Assembly (NCBI GenBank): GCA_002898395.1
Contig: BEHE01000002.1
Coordinates: 32,001-96,000 of the forward strand
Direction of reading: 5' to 3'
Length of the DNA stretch: 64,000 bases
DNA from: Candidatus Calditenuaceae archaeon HR02
GTDB lineage: Archaea; Thermoproteota; Nitrososphaeria_A; Caldarchaeales; Calditenuaceae
Of the stretch, positions 31,110 through 41,029 are shown piece after piece. Positions within the stretch are counted from its first letter, which is position 1. The number at the start of each line of letters is the position of its first letter. The notes below the pieces were generated by a model. That model saw nothing but the letters and a program-made list of their open reading frames with translations, was not told the origin of the DNA and did no database searches. Both the position numbers and the translations under genes were made by a program.

Positions 31110-31649
31110 TTATTTGCTTCTCCATCTAATGATGTATCCTAGGCCGCCTAGAATTACTCCGAGGGCGAGCAGCACTATGAATATTGTTATCCATAAGGGA
31201 TAGCCCAAGGGTATGCCGTAGAAGATGTTCGTGTGGACTTGTCCAGGGTTCCATCCTCTTCCGCCCACCTCGGGTGGGAGCATTGCGGCGCCTCCTAGAT
31301 ATCCCCCCAGCATCATCAGACCTGAAGCTCCTAACACTCCCACATTCATCAAGAATAGGTGGGACCATGCTAGCTTGTCGGCAATCCCTGTATAGGGCTT
31401 CCCCAAGACCGATTCGATGTAGTGGTAGAACAGCGCCGTGACGGCCACCCCCATGACACCTACGATGAGGTATGTCACGTAGCCCATCGTGAACCACATA
31501 CCCGCTGACCCAAAGGCTATTACTCGGCTAGGCTCAGGCCTCAAGAAAAAAATCTGCCCTATGACGATATACAGTGTAATCAGCGTAGCAATTGCTCCTT
31601 GGACGATCGCAGCGCCTATAAAACGAGAAGCCCATTTACTTGCCTGCAT
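31110..31649 (-). CDS. Four-TM membrane protein
   Basis: 179 aa hydrophobic, 'LAWSHLFLMNVG'; faint likeness to a heme-copper oxidase subunit I fragment. Confidence 0.7.
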   Translation of the reverse strand: MQASKWASRFIGAAIVQGAIATLITLYIVIGQIFFLRPEPSRVIAFGSAGMWFTMGYVTYLIVGVMGVAVTALFYHYIESVLGKPYTGIADKLAWSHLFLMNVGVLGASGLMMLGGYLGGAAMLPPEVGGRGWNPGQVHTNIFYGIPLGYPLWITIFIVLLALGVILGGLGYIIRWRSK

Positions 31650-31854
31650 ATACTATCAAACACCCCCTTTCATCTCTATAACCTATGCTAAAATTTAATC
31701 TTTACCCTTAAGATGCATAATTTTTCATGAATATCCACGTAGTAGTTTCTTTTTCGCGAACTCGCCCACCTCACTGCTAAGAGGAGAGAAGTTGGTCCAG
31801 GCCTCAGCGGGGGGATTGCCTCTATATACTCCCGCTCATTTAAAGTAATGTGCT

Positions 31855-34011
31855 ATGGATCCATTGGTTTTTACCATTACTGTGGGATTGCTCGGTGCTG
31901 CCGCTTCGGTGCTCCTAATAGCGTATGTAGAGAGGCTTCCTAAAGGTGATGAGGGGTTTGTTAATATTTGGCGCGCAATCCGGGAAGGTGCGAGCGCGTA
32001 TCTTAAGAGGCAGTTTAAGACGATCGCCATCATCGCGGCTGCCTTAGCTACCTTGATTCTGGGCAGCTTCTCCATCTTTCCTCAGCTGGGGGGACTCAGA
32101 TACGGCATCGCCATGGCAGGCAGCTTCCTATTGGGCGTTTGCTTCTCCCTCATCGCAGCGTTCATAGCGATGGATGCCGCTACAAGGGCTAACGTAAGGA
32201 CAACGTATGCGGCCTCTCGGAGCAGTGTGCAGGCACTTCGAGTGGCGACGCTCGGCGGCGCGTCACTGGGTCTAGCAGTGATCGCTATGAGCCTTCTGGG
32301 CCTCTCTATTCTTTACGTTGTTTTCAGGGACCCTGGACTTCTGGCGGGCTTCGGGTTTGGGGCTAGTCTAGCTGCACTGTTCGCCCAACTCGGTGGAGGG
32401 ATATATACTAAGAGTGCTGATATTGGTGCAGACCTTGTTGGAAAAGTGGAGGCGGGCATACCGGAGGACGACCCTAGAAACCCCGCAGTGGTAGCCGACC
32501 TGGTTGGTGATAATGTCGGGGACGAGGCGGGTAGGGGAGCTGACCTCTTCGAGTCGGTCACAGCCGAGAATCTTGGAGGAATGATAATAGCTCTCGTAGT
32601 GTCTATAGTATTGTTCAATGGTATTAATGAGCTGTATGTTGTCACTCCACTAATAATTAGGGCTCTCGGAGTTATAGCCACGTTCGCAGGCGTTTCTTGG
32701 GCGGTCTCGAGGAAGGGTTTTAGAGAGGCCATAGGCCCGCTTCGAGAGGGCCTGATAGTTACGGGCATATTGGCGGCTGTTATGATGTATCTCGCCAGCT
32801 GGCTCATATTCGGACCCCAGGGCCTGCCGCTTTACGTTACAATGATTATCGGGCTGATCGCGGGCATCTTGATAATGTTTTATAGCGAGTTTTACACAGG
32901 CTTGAAGTCCAGATATGTCTCGGTGATTGCTCAGAATTCCCAGTCGGGACCAGCCCTTACCGCGATGACGGGAATATCGACCGGCATGATCTCTTCGATG
33001 CTTCCAGTTGCTACGGTTGTCGTGGCTGTAGCCCTCTCATTCTGGCTAGGGAGCTATTGGTCCGGCATCGCTGGTCTAGGTGACCCACTGCTGGGCGGGA
33101 TTTATGGTACGACAATGGCGACTATGGGAATGCTCTCGACCGCTGGATTCATCTTGACCATGGATGGCGTGGGGCCCATCGTGGATAATGCGGGAGGGAT
33201 AGCAGAGATGGCTAACGCTGAGCCAGTCATTAGGGAGAGGCTCGAACCGCTTGACGCGCTCGGAAACACTACAAAGGCTCTTACAAAGTCTTATGCCATG
33301 GGCTCGGCAGCCCTAGCAGCCCTTCTTCTATTCCAAGCCTTCCTCCTGGAGGTGGCGAGGTATATGGCGGGCATCTATGAGCTCGTGCTGATAGGGCCGG
33401 GGGAGGCTGACCGTCTCTTGAGGAGCGTCGAGATGCTTAGCTCGGGACTCCAGCTCAACTCGCCCGCCGTGGTAATAGGGCTTTTCATAGGGGGTATGAT
33501 ACCTTTCCTCTTCTCGGGGCAGGCAATGAATGCTGTAGCCAGCGGCGCATACCGCATGGTGGAGGAGGTGAGGAGACAGTTTGCATCAATACCGGGGATA
33601 ATGGATGGAAGCGGTAGGCCAGAGTATGGGCGGTGTGTAGATATCTCCACTTCGACAGCTTTAAGACTGATGATTACGCCCACGTTGACGGTGACCCTTT
33701 CCCCGATCTTGATAGGCGTGTTGCTTGGCTGGAAGGCAGTTGGCTCCCTAGTATTGGGTGCGACGATCTCTGCGATACCACTGGCGATCATGGGGTTCTA
33801 TGGTGGAGCGGCGATGGATAATGCGAAGAAGCTCCTCGAGATTGGGGGCAAGAAGGGAACTGATGCTCATAAAGCGGCAGTCGTTGGCGACACACTGGGA
33901 GATCCCATGAAAGACACTTACGCGCCGAGCCTACACATCCTGATAAAACTGCTTAATACGCTGTCCCTTGTGTTTATCCCGCTCTTTATGATTGGGCTAA
34001 TACCACTCTAG
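31855..34011 (+). CDS. hppA: Membrane proton-translocating pyrophosphatase, K+-independent type
   Basis: GGGIYTKSADIGADLVGKVE, EDDPRN, GDNVGD; GNTTKA (Lys determinant). Confidence 0.95.
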   Translation: MDPLVFTITVGLLGAAASVLLIAYVERLPKGDEGFVNIWRAIREGASAYLKRQFKTIAIIAAALATLILGSFSIFPQLGGLRYGIAMAGSFLLGVCFSLIAAFIAMDAATRANVRTTYAASRSSVQALRVATLGGASLGLAVIAMSLLGLSILYVVFRDPGLLAGFGFGASLAALFAQLGGGIYTKSADIGADLVGKVEAGIPEDDPRNPAVVADLVGDNVGDEAGRGADLFESVTAENLGGMIIALVVSIVLFNGINELYVVTPLIIRALGVIATFAGVSWAVSRKGFREAIGPLREGLIVTGILAAVMMYLASWLIFGPQGLPLYVTMIIGLIAGILIMFYSEFYTGLKSRYVSVIAQNSQSGPALTAMTGISTGMISSMLPVATVVVAVALSFWLGSYWSGIAGLGDPLLGGIYGTTMATMGMLSTAGFILTMDGVGPIVDNAGGIAEMANAEPVIRERLEPLDALGNTTKALTKSYAMGSAALAALLLFQAFLLEVARYMAGIYELVLIGPGEADRLLRSVEMLSSGLQLNSPAVVIGLFIGGMIPFLFSGQAMNAVASGAYRMVEEVRRQFASIPGIMDGSGRPEYGRCVDISTSTALRLMITPTLTVTLSPILIGVLLGWKAVGSLVLGATISAIPLAIMGFYGGAAMDNAKKLLEIGGKKGTDAHKAAVVGDTLGDPMKDTYAPSLHILIKLLNTLSLVFIPLFMIGLIPL

Positions 34012-35189
34012 GGCCGCTCCCCCAACACCACCGCAACGTTTAACGTCTCACCGCCCCTAAGGATAGTCAGCAACACTGTGTCTCCAGGACTCGTCTTCTC
34101 AACCATGTATGTCAGAAGGTCGTCCATGCTAGTGACCGGGTTACCGTTTATCGCCACTATAACATCACCTCCGACTCTATACTCTCTCCCAGCAACCACG
34201 AGGGTCCTAGAGCCTCCCTTGATACCGGCCTTATCCGCCGGACCATTCGGAACTACGCTCTCCACCAACAACCCTTTCTTCACACCGAGTCCAAGCTCAC
34301 TGGCAATTAGTGCGTCTATCTCTCTACCCGAGATCCCAAGATAGCTGTGGGTATATCCGCCCTTTTCGATTAGTTCTGGAACTATACGCCTCACAACGTT
34401 TGATGATATTGCATACCCAATCCCCGCGAACTGCCCCGTAGTCGATTCTATCGCAGTGGCAACACCTACAACTTCCCCCCTCATATTGAGAATAGGTCCT
34501 CCAGAGTTTCCAGGGTTCACGGCAGCATCTATCTGTATTATTCCGGGAATGAGGTATCCTCTACTTGAAGGTAAAAGCCTACCCTTCTGGCTGACAATGC
34601 CTGTCGTAACACTTCCCGTAAGCTCGAAGGGGTTACCGATAACGATTATCTGGTCGCCAATCTGGAGTTCGCTCGAGTTACCGAGCCTTAAAGGCTTGAA
34701 TGACCTAGTCTCCCCACTCCCAACTATCTTCAATACCGCCAAGTCCGTGTCAGGATCTCTCCCCACGAGCTCTGCCCTATAAGCACTCCCATCGATAAAG
34801 TAGACATAGTACTCCAGCCCACCTTCAACCACGTGATTATTCGTAACCACATGTCCCTTTGGGTCATAGACGAATCCGGAGCCTACAGACTCTCCAAACC
34901 TATAGAGCGTTCTTATCTCGACTACAGAATCTTTAACCATTTCATAGACCCGCGTCACATTATACTGAATTGTTACGACGGCTGTATGGGCTGGCCGGGA
35001 ATTCTCAATTGAACTTATCTCAGCCCTCGCCTCCTGCAGGTCTTTTCTGAGAGACTCTATCTTTGATTCCAGCGCAGCTATTTGAGAGGTGAGCGTCGAC
35101 AGGTTTTGCTGGTAATCTATGACTTGAAGGAATAGGATTGCTATGAGGGCGAGAGATGCTGCTGATATGGCTATCGAAACCTTGCTCAT
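34008..35189 (-). CDS. HtrA/DegP-family serine protease with PDZ domain
   Basis: GSGF, TNNHV, DLAV, GNSGGP; N-terminal TM and coiled coil. Confidence 0.92.
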   Translation of the reverse strand: MSKVSIAISAASLALIAILFLQVIDYQQNLSTLTSQIAALESKIESLRKDLQEARAEISSIENSRPAHTAVVTIQYNVTRVYEMVKDSVVEIRTLYRFGESVGSGFVYDPKGHVVTNNHVVEGGLEYYVYFIDGSAYRAELVGRDPDTDLAVLKIVGSGETRSFKPLRLGNSSELQIGDQIIVIGNPFELTGSVTTGIVSQKGRLLPSSRGYLIPGIIQIDAAVNPGNSGGPILNMRGEVVGVATAIESTTGQFAGIGYAISSNVVRRIVPELIEKGGYTHSYLGISGREIDALIASELGLGVKKGLLVESVVPNGPADKAGIKGGSRTLVVAGREYRVGGDVIVAINGNPVTSMDDLLTYMVEKTSPGDTVLLTILRGGETLNVAVVLGERP

Positions 35190-35195
35190 ACTGAA

Positions 35196-36479
35196 TCACC
35201 CAGTCCTGGTTCCAATACGCTTCAACGCTTTCTCGATACCTGTTCCATACTGTGCGGCCTTCTTCTCCTTCTCTACCAGCTCGGACGGCAGACCCGCAAG
35301 CCTCGCAACACTCCTCAACACCACTTTCCTAACACCTCTAGAAATCTTGAAATTAAGTGGTAGATTATATGCATTGTTGATGATTCGTTCATCCAAGTAG
35401 GGGGTTGTTAACAGGCATCCCCCCAACGCTGCTGAAGCGTAGTCCCTCGGCAGGCTTCTGAACCAGAGAGTGTCTAGGTCTCTCCTCATCTCCTCCTCCA
35501 CGCCTGGTTGATTGCCACTCTCAAGCATGCGCAGATACTTCATATACCCCCCAAACAGCTCGTCCGCTCCCTGACCACTCACCACTTGCCTACGGCCATG
35601 CGAAGCAGCAGCCCTAGCCCCTTCGTAAACAAGCAAGGCAAGCGCCCTATCCATTAGAGATTGAAGGATCAGGTTTTTCGTCAGGTAGCTGGATGTGTAG
35701 GCTATCTCTTGCTCAGACAGTGGTACTTTTACGTAGTCGATGTGAAGAAGCTTTGCTGCCTTCTCCGAGAAGGAGAGGTCGTGTGACCCGCCCAGACCGA
35801 CCGAGATTGCCAGGGGGGCTAGGCCGAGCTCAACACACACCCACACCAGCAGTGAGCTATCAATGCCGCCAGAGAAGAGTACAGCACATTTCTTCGCTAC
35901 AGACCGTTTAACCGCGGCCACCAACTCTTCGAAAAGCAACTCCGATACATCTTGCAAGTTTATGGGAAGTGCGGTCCTTGAAGAAGTACATTCCTGTTTT
36001 TCCCCGGTTTTAGGCCCGTTGAATCTGAGCAACATCTCGCTGCAAGGAGGGACGACTTTTTCCGGGCCGGGATGGAGGCCGACTATGTAGGGTGGAGACG
36101 CGACGGTGATTATCTCGCCAGAGCTATAATACGATAGGGGTGGTGAGCCTACCTGCCTAGACTTCAGCCTAACCACCTCGCGACGTATCTCTATCTCAGA
36201 GGTGAAGGGAGAGTCGGCAAGTTCTCCGACTCCTAGGATGCTGGAAGGTGTCAAGTGGACTGCAATACCGTCCCGTCCCTCTTCCACAACCCTCTCACCT
36301 GCGTGATGGACAACCAGCCCCACCCGCCCCTTCGCCTCGGACAATTCGCGGGGAGAGATACGAGAACCATCTATGAAAACCTCATTCACAGGCCACCTAT
36401 AAGACATCCTTAGTACCCGGTCAATTAGACTGGAGAGGAACACATCACACCTGGAGACCACCGCGTACACTATCGCCAT
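35196..36479 (-). CDS. Asparagine synthase-like protein with degenerate glutaminase domain
   Basis: FSGGIDSS, SGQGADELFGGY, KKAAQYG; no N-terminal MCG. Confidence 0.8.
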   Translation of the reverse strand: MAIVYAVVSRCDVFLSSLIDRVLRMSYRWPVNEVFIDGSRISPRELSEAKGRVGLVVHHAGERVVEEGRDGIAVHLTPSSILGVGELADSPFTSEIEIRREVVRLKSRQVGSPPLSYYSSGEIITVASPPYIVGLHPGPEKVVPPCSEMLLRFNGPKTGEKQECTSSRTALPINLQDVSELLFEELVAAVKRSVAKKCAVLFSGGIDSSLLVWVCVELGLAPLAISVGLGGSHDLSFSEKAAKLLHIDYVKVPLSEQEIAYTSSYLTKNLILQSLMDRALALLVYEGARAAASHGRRQVVSGQGADELFGGYMKYLRMLESGNQPGVEEEMRRDLDTLWFRSLPRDYASAALGGCLLTTPYLDERIINNAYNLPLNFKISRGVRKVVLRSVARLAGLPSELVEKEKKAAQYGTGIEKALKRIGTRTG

Positions 36480-36505
36480 TGAGACTAGTTTGACCCTAGA
36501 CGCTC

Positions 36506-36994
36506 TTATTCTCTCTTAAGCTTTTTCTCAACCCGCCTGAGTAGGGGGTCGGGCAGCCTTATCTCTGGGTCGCTCCTTATTGCTGGGTGATACGGGTCAA
36601 TCATTATCACCTCGAACCACTTATACACGCTATCATAAGTCAGCGGGTAGCCGCCGATTGGGTAGAGGTTGGGATATTTTTTCCTAGCTCTGTTTATCGC
36701 CTCTTCGAGCATTGTTACATTGACTTTGTGTAGAACTGTGCCGAGGGCCTTCTGCCTCCTGCCCGAGTTTGGCCGCGGCTTGCTGAAACCACCCCTCCTA
36801 ACCCTAACCCTTAAGACCACGAAGCCCTGCTTCGCTTTGTACCCAATGCTTTTAGCCCGGTCAATCCTTAATGGCTTCTCTACGCGGACCACGGATGGCT
36901 CCCGCCTCCAGAGAACCCTCCTAGCCCTGAGAATAGCCTTCAGCTCATCCGGCCGATTCCTCCAAGCCTGATTCAAGAGAGCGTATAGGCCCAT
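36506..36994 (-). CDS. rpl15e: 50S ribosomal protein L15e
   Basis: GYKAKQG, RVRRGG, YKWFEVIMIDPYHPAI. Confidence 0.97.
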   Translation of the reverse strand: MGLYALLNQAWRNRPDELKAILRARRVLWRREPSVVRVEKPLRIDRAKSIGYKAKQGFVVLRVRVRRGGFSKPRPNSGRRQKALGTVLHKVNVTMLEEAINRARKKYPNLYPIGGYPLTYDSVYKWFEVIMIDPYHPAIRSDPEIRLPDPLLRRVEKKLKRE

Positions 36995-37122
36995 GTCCCG
37001 TCCAGCCCTGAGCGCCCCAATGACACTCTAGCCTCCATGATAAATACCCTTAAAGGTCTGAGAGTTGCCAAGATGTGGCGATAAAGGGGTTTTATATATC
37101 TGTACAATCTTTTACGGATGGA

Positions 37123-37329
37123 TTGCTTAGACTCAAGGTTGGCAAATCACTTGGAATGTGGGAATGGGCAACCACGAGCTGCGACGCCTGCCTCCTAGAC
37201 ATCGAGGAGGGAGCCGAGGTTTCCAAGTGTGGTAACTGTGGGGCCTTATTCCACGCCGATTGTTTCAGAAATCTTCTGAACACAAAGTCTGTATGCCCAA
37301 AGTGTAGGGTGAGCTTGTATGAGCAGTAA
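37123..37329 (+). CDS. Small C4HC3 RING-finger protein
   Basis: CDAC-x12-CGNC-x4-H-x2-C-x10-CPKC; start placed at TTG 37123 downstream of a TTTTATATA box (ATG 37156 is an alternative). Confidence 0.75.
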   Translation: MLRLKVGKSLGMWEWATTSCDACLLDIEEGAEVSKCGNCGALFHADCFRNLLNTKSVCPKCRVSLYEQ

Positions 37330-37693
37330 TGAGAAAGAGGAGGCAGGGCCCGGCGAGGAGGAAGAGATAGTCATCGACATTATAGAGACGCCTAGGGGCC
37401 GTGTCCCTGAATTCGACAGTACCTTCCGCGCACTCGAGAAAATATCGGCCAGACTTTTAGAGCAGGATGAGAAGATAGAAAGGGCTTTGAGCCGCATATC
37501 GAGTGGACAGCTATCAAGCACCGAGCTTAAGACAATTCTGGAGACACTCGAGTCTATTAGAGAAGACTTATCTAAACTCTCGAAGAGGCTGGAGATAATA
37601 GAGGATAATATAGGTGAAATGTATGAAAGGCTAAACCTGCTGGACTATCTGGCTGATATCGTTGAGCGTTATCTTCGCTCCCTAGAGGGCTAG
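37319..37693 (+). CDS. Small coiled-coil protein
   Basis: Overlaps the RING gene; acidic N-terminus, 'IETPRGRVP', heptad-rich. Confidence 0.75.
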   Translation: MSSNEKEEAGPGEEEEIVIDIIETPRGRVPEFDSTFRALEKISARLLEQDEKIERALSRISSGQLSSTELKTILETLESIREDLSKLSKRLEIIEDNIGEMYERLNLLDYLADIVERYLRSLEG

Positions 37694-38538
37694 GTGGGTC
37701 CCCGAAGTATTCCGCCCCTGAGTTCCTGCTTAATCCGCTCCAACTCCCGCTTCTCAGACTCCAGCCTAGAAATCTCCTGGGCGAGCTGGGCTTTCTTCTT
37801 CTCCAGCCTCCTCACCTCCTCGGCCAGCTGCGAGAACTGCTTGTTATACTCCTCAGCAATAGATTTTGCCGCCTCGAGCCTCAATATCTCCTCCCTCTTC
37901 CGCTCCTCCAGCCTCACGAGCCTCTCGAGCCTCGCCTCCCTCACTTTAAACCTCTTGTCCAATTCTTTCATAGTCTTCTCAATGCCTTCAGCCGCGGACT
38001 GGAGCGCTGCGAAATAGGAGCCGTGGAGCTCTCTTATCTTCTCCTCGAGATACGCCTTCCGCTCCTCCAGCTCTTCGACCTCTTTCTCAAAATTCCTCAA
38101 GGCCCTGTCCTTCTCCTCGACCTCCTGCCTAAGCTGAATCAGCTCTTGGCGCAATGTCTCGAGGTTGTTTTTCTCCTGCTCCAACCTCTCCCTCTCCTGC
38201 AGTATTGCCTGCCTGGCCTTCTCCAAGACCTCTACCTGCTCCCTCTGAAACTCCAGTAGCCTCGCCAGCTCCTCCTGCTGCTCTTGGAAGATCACGAGGT
38301 ATGAGGTGAGGGACTTCAAGACATTCACGCCTTCAATGAACTCTTTTATGAGATATTCTGGCTGAGTTGAGGCTAATGCGTCAAACCTAGCAATCATTTC
38401 TTGGGCGGCAGACTTTATCTGGCTAATCACGCTTCCCGAGATTTGCGACTCGATGTTTTGGAGCTGAGTCATTATACTCCTTAAATTCTGCGATATAGCT
38501 TCCAGCTCCTCTGAACGCCGCCCTATTATCGAGCCCAT
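37690..38538 (-). CDS. Long coiled-coil protein
   Basis: 282 aa E/K/L/Q/R heptads; no Walker motifs. Confidence 0.8.
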   Translation of the reverse strand: MGSIIGRRSEELEAISQNLRSIMTQLQNIESQISGSVISQIKSAAQEMIARFDALASTQPEYLIKEFIEGVNVLKSLTSYLVIFQEQQEELARLLEFQREQVEVLEKARQAILQERERLEQEKNNLETLRQELIQLRQEVEEKDRALRNFEKEVEELEERKAYLEEKIRELHGSYFAALQSAAEGIEKTMKELDKRFKVREARLERLVRLEERKREEILRLEAAKSIAEEYNKQFSQLAEEVRRLEKKKAQLAQEISRLESEKRELERIKQELRGGILRGPT

Positions 38539-38658
38539 CCTTCGTAATCTCTCTATTTCTTCGGATATAAATCTATACTCCTCGAATTATTGGCCAAGCC
38601 CTCTATCTGAATCGGTGAACTTATTTATATATAGGCTGCATGATGAAAGTGCAGGTCA

Positions 38659-39411
38659 ATGATCACTCAGACAAGTGAGGCTTTGGCCAGGTTCAGCAGG
38701 ATCGGTGCTCTAATCTCACTCTTAGGTGCGACACACGCTTTAAGCCTAATACTCAACTGGTTCTCGATAAATTACGACGATGTTGGCCGATCCCTGATCA
38801 GTGGGTATACCTTCATGGAGCCCCTACTGATTTCTTTGGCTGCTGGCGGCGCGGCCGGCGCAACAGGCGTGTTTGCCTCAAATCTTAAGGATCTCACGAA
38901 GCTTAGACTCGTTGTGCCACTCCTCTCTTTTACTGCGGCGGGGCTAGCCCTCTTCTCACCCCTCTACACATACTTGATAAAGCTTCCAGGCTTCGGTGGC
39001 CTGAACTTCATTCCCGAGCTGGGTCTATTCGCAGCCCTCTTCACAGGGATAGCGATAACGGGTGCCTCGATACTCGCCCTAATTGCTGCCATGCGGACAC
39101 GTGTTACAGCCTACATGGCGCCATCACCCCTCTGGGTAACGGCAAGGGAAGAGGAGACCGGGACAGTCGCGGAGTTTACCGAGCCGACAGCCGAGGAACA
39201 GGCAGCCATACTTGAGCAGGCTCCGGAGAGGGAGGAAAGGGGATTAGAAACAGCGGCGGGCGGCCAGTGTATGATATGTGGCGACCTCATCACAGGAGGT
39301 GATACTGAGTCCTGTCACAGGTGTGGAGCCGTCTTTCATAAGGATTGCATGAACGTGTGGGTTGACTTGGGGAATAAGTGCCCTTCCTGTGGAGGGGAGC
39401 TCCGAGGCTAG
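38659..39411 (+). CDS. Four-TM membrane protein with C-terminal C4HC3 RING finger
   Basis: Four hydrophobic segments, acidic linker, CMIC-x11-CHRC-x4-H-x2-C-xxx-W...CPSC. Confidence 0.8.
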   Translation: MITQTSEALARFSRIGALISLLGATHALSLILNWFSINYDDVGRSLISGYTFMEPLLISLAAGGAAGATGVFASNLKDLTKLRLVVPLLSFTAAGLALFSPLYTYLIKLPGFGGLNFIPELGLFAALFTGIAITGASILALIAAMRTRVTAYMAPSPLWVTAREEETGTVAEFTEPTAEEQAAILEQAPEREERGLETAAGGQCMICGDLITGGDTESCHRCGAVFHKDCMNVWVDLGNKCPSCGGELRG

Positions 39412-39500
39412 AGCCTACTGTATGAGGGATGGACAGTCATCTAGACGGCTAGCCTGGCTAATCAGCTATTTATTGCGCAGATCTGATGGTTTGAGAGGAG

Positions 39501-41009
39501 ATGCCTGAGCAGCTCGCCGAGAGCATTGTCCAACTCGCGTTGAGGAGGGGGTTCTTTAACCCCACAGCTGAGATATACAGGGGCCCAGCCGGCTTCTATG
39601 ATCTAGGACCGCTGGGAACACTGATGAAGCTAAACCTCATCAATTATTGGCTGGACACTTTCGTGAAGAGGGAGACATCCTTCGAAGTCTACCTTATCGA
39701 CGGTTCATTGATACTCCCATATGAAGCATTGAAAGCTTCTGGTCACGTAGACAAGTTCACTGATCCCAAGGCGGAGTGTGTTAAGTGTGGCAGAATCCAC
39801 CGCCTAGACCAGCTCATCGAGGAGACGCTAGGATTGAAGGTGGAAGGAAAGGGTATCGAAGACCTGCAGGAGATAGTGAAGGTTCAGGGGGTTAGATGTC
39901 CCAATTGTGGGGGCGAGCTGACGGGCTTTAAGGAGCACCACCTGATGTTCAAACTCTCTATAGGGGGAGGGGGGGAGGCCGCATTTCTCCGCCCCGAGAC
40001 GGCGCAAAACATCTTCCTAAACTTTAAGAGAATAGCATACGCTATGAGGGCTAAGCTACCCTTCGCAGTAGCCCAGGTTGGGAAATCATTTAGGAACGAG
40101 ATCTCCCCCCGCCAGTCCATTATCAGGCTCCGAGAATTCAGCCAAATGGAGATTGAGGTCTTCTTTTCTCCCATTAGAGGCGACGGGCCCAGTAAGTTCG
40201 AGGATGTTGGCGATACTGTTATTCGTGTCTTGACCCGAGAGGAGCAGAAGAGAGGTGATGGCGGAGAGGCAATAGAGCTGAGAGCCAGAGATGCCGTTGA
40301 GGAGGGAATAGTACCTAACAAGTTCCTAGCATACTATCTTGCCAAGGAGGTGAGGTTCTTTCAGTCGCTCGGTATTCCGCCTGAAAACATGAGGTTCAGA
40401 CACCTGCTGCCAGAGGAGACGCCACACTACTCGGGGGGGAATTTTGACCTCGAGGTGAAGTTCTCGTTTGGATGGAAGGAGGTCGTGGGGAACGCTTACA
40501 GGCGAGACTATGACCTCACAGTCCACTCCAAGCACTCTGGAGAGGACCTTTCAATAGATGATAATGGCGTGAAAATAGTTCCACATGTGGTTGAGCCATC
40601 TTTCGGTGTTGAAAGAATTCTTTACGCAATACTCGAGCATTCGTACAGGGAAGGAGTTAGAGAGTGGCCCATTCTAATGCTCCCTAGAATAATCTCTCCC
40701 ATAAAAGCAGCCATACTCCCATTACTTGACCGGACCGCCTTGGTGGCGAAGGCTTGGGAGATCTACACCTGGCTCAGGGCTAGTAGGCTTCCCATCTACA
40801 CTGTTTATGACGATCGGGGATCAATTGGTAGAAGATATGCACGGGCTGATGAGGCGGGCGTCAACCTCTGCGTGACAATCGACCACCAGACACTACAGGA
40901 CAACACGGTTACGGTTAGGGATAGAGACACTACATCACAGATTAGAGTAAAGATAGATGAGCTTGAGGAGCTAATCTTCAACGACACGTATAGGGGACTG
41001 GAACAGTAA
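39501..41009 (+). CDS. glyS: Glycine--tRNA ligase (alpha2 type)
   Basis: LRPETAQ, FRNEISPR, HVVEPSFG, GSIGRRYAR. Confidence 0.97.
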   Translation: MPEQLAESIVQLALRRGFFNPTAEIYRGPAGFYDLGPLGTLMKLNLINYWLDTFVKRETSFEVYLIDGSLILPYEALKASGHVDKFTDPKAECVKCGRIHRLDQLIEETLGLKVEGKGIEDLQEIVKVQGVRCPNCGGELTGFKEHHLMFKLSIGGGGEAAFLRPETAQNIFLNFKRIAYAMRAKLPFAVAQVGKSFRNEISPRQSIIRLREFSQMEIEVFFSPIRGDGPSKFEDVGDTVIRVLTREEQKRGDGGEAIELRARDAVEEGIVPNKFLAYYLAKEVRFFQSLGIPPENMRFRHLLPEETPHYSGGNFDLEVKFSFGWKEVVGNAYRRDYDLTVHSKHSGEDLSIDDNGVKIVPHVVEPSFGVERILYAILEHSYREGVREWPILMLPRIISPIKAAILPLLDRTALVAKAWEIYTWLRASRLPIYTVYDDRGSIGRRYARADEAGVNLCVTIDHQTLQDNTVTVRDRDTTSQIRVKIDELEELIFNDTYRGLEQ

Positions 41010-41029
41010 ATGTCTGGCGCTGATTAGTT

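Noticed and set aside
12063-36479. PqqD plus asparagine-synthase-like gene as a lasso-peptide pathway
   Set aside because: The genes are about 23 kb apart, with no transglutaminase-like B2 protease or precursor peptide seen.
37690-38538. CTC/CTT-rich low-complexity DNA, or an SMC ATPase
   Set aside because: Explained by Glu/Lys/Arg coiled-coil codons; no Walker A/B motifs.
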